Source: Bacteroidia bacterium
GTDB taxonomy: Bacteria; Bacteroidota; Bacteroidia; B-17B0; Aurantibacillaceae
Assembly: GCA_018057345.1 (NCBI GenBank)
Contig: JAGPDW010000001.1
Location: 13,669-69,909 of the forward strand
Direction: 5' to 3'
DNA: 56,241 nucleotides
Shown here piece after piece: positions 55,946 to 56,241 of the stretch. Position numbers and translations under genes: made by a program. How positions within the stretch are numbered: position 1 is the stretch's first letter; every line of letters starts with the position of its first letter. Below the pieces are notes generated by a model that was given only the letters and a program-made list of their open reading frames with translations, did no database searches and was not told the DNA's origin.

Positions 55946-56194
55946 TTATTTTAATTTACAATCATTAGTGGTGATGAATCCTGCAACCGGAGCAGTTGTT
56001 TGATAACTTATGCTTTCGCAATTTTCAACAGCAACACTTTTCTTAACCTTCTTGTAGGTTGTTTCTTCAGTTTGAGTAAAACCTGCTGCTGCTGGATCCG
56101 TAGTAGACCAAGTACACTCGCATACTCTATCCTTTTTGCAAGAAGCGAAAGCTAAACCTGCAAGAACGATTGATAAATAAGTAATTTTTTTCAT
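55946..56194 (-). CDS. Small Cys-rich lipoprotein (paralog 1)
   Basis: ASC-KKD lipobox, CEC, TYKKVKK, ENC, DCKLK. Confidence 0.85.
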   Translation of the reverse strand: MKKITYLSIVLAGLAFASCKKDRVCECTWSTTDPAAAGFTQTEETTYKKVKKSVAVENCESISYQTTAPVAGFITTNDCKLK

Positions 56195-56241
56195 AATTTT
56201 TTTGTTTTAGTTTAGGTAAATATACAGATAATATTTGTTCC

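Noticed and set aside
1-56241. rRNA, tRNA, transposase, integrase or prophage genes
   Set aside because: None recognised by eye. An Infernal or tRNAscan run would be needed to exclude small RNAs.

Overview
AT-rich chromosomal window from a Bacteroidota bacterium, based on TAnnTTTG -7 promoter boxes, a T9SS C-terminal sorting domain, Bacteroidota-type PurM and arginine decarboxylase, and SCKKD lipoproteins. Most of it is housekeeping or metabolic: gcvP, a GltD-like/korA/korB 2-oxoacid oxidoreductase operon, gpsA, a deoxynucleoside kinase, rsmA, tyrS-rpoN, scoAB, PBP1A, paaG-like, arginase/arginine decarboxylase, slyD, an ALDH7-like dehydrogenase, mqnA and purM. The most unusual part is the left 12.5 kb, a tandem of three TPR-SpoIIE/PP2C phosphatase genes. 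It is headed by a 2876-aa cytoplasmic protein with 12 GAF domains joined by 'ERT' signalling helices that come in two lengths differing by exactly one heptad. The third gene (<1..1968) is missing from the ORF track. An orphan SiaB-like kinase lies about 17 kb downstream and may be the opposing enzyme. Other items of interest are a double CbbX/SpoVK-type AAA+ ATPase with a duplicated unknown N-terminal domain next to a minimal channel-like protein, a histone-H1-like lysine tail on KorA, three GT-C-like membrane proteins interleaved with PBP1A/scoAB, twin Cys-rich mini-lipoproteins, and at least five unrelated families of intergenic palindromic elements. I saw no rRNA, tRNA, CRISPR array, transposase or prophage. 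All product calls come from motif recognition by eye, with no database search.
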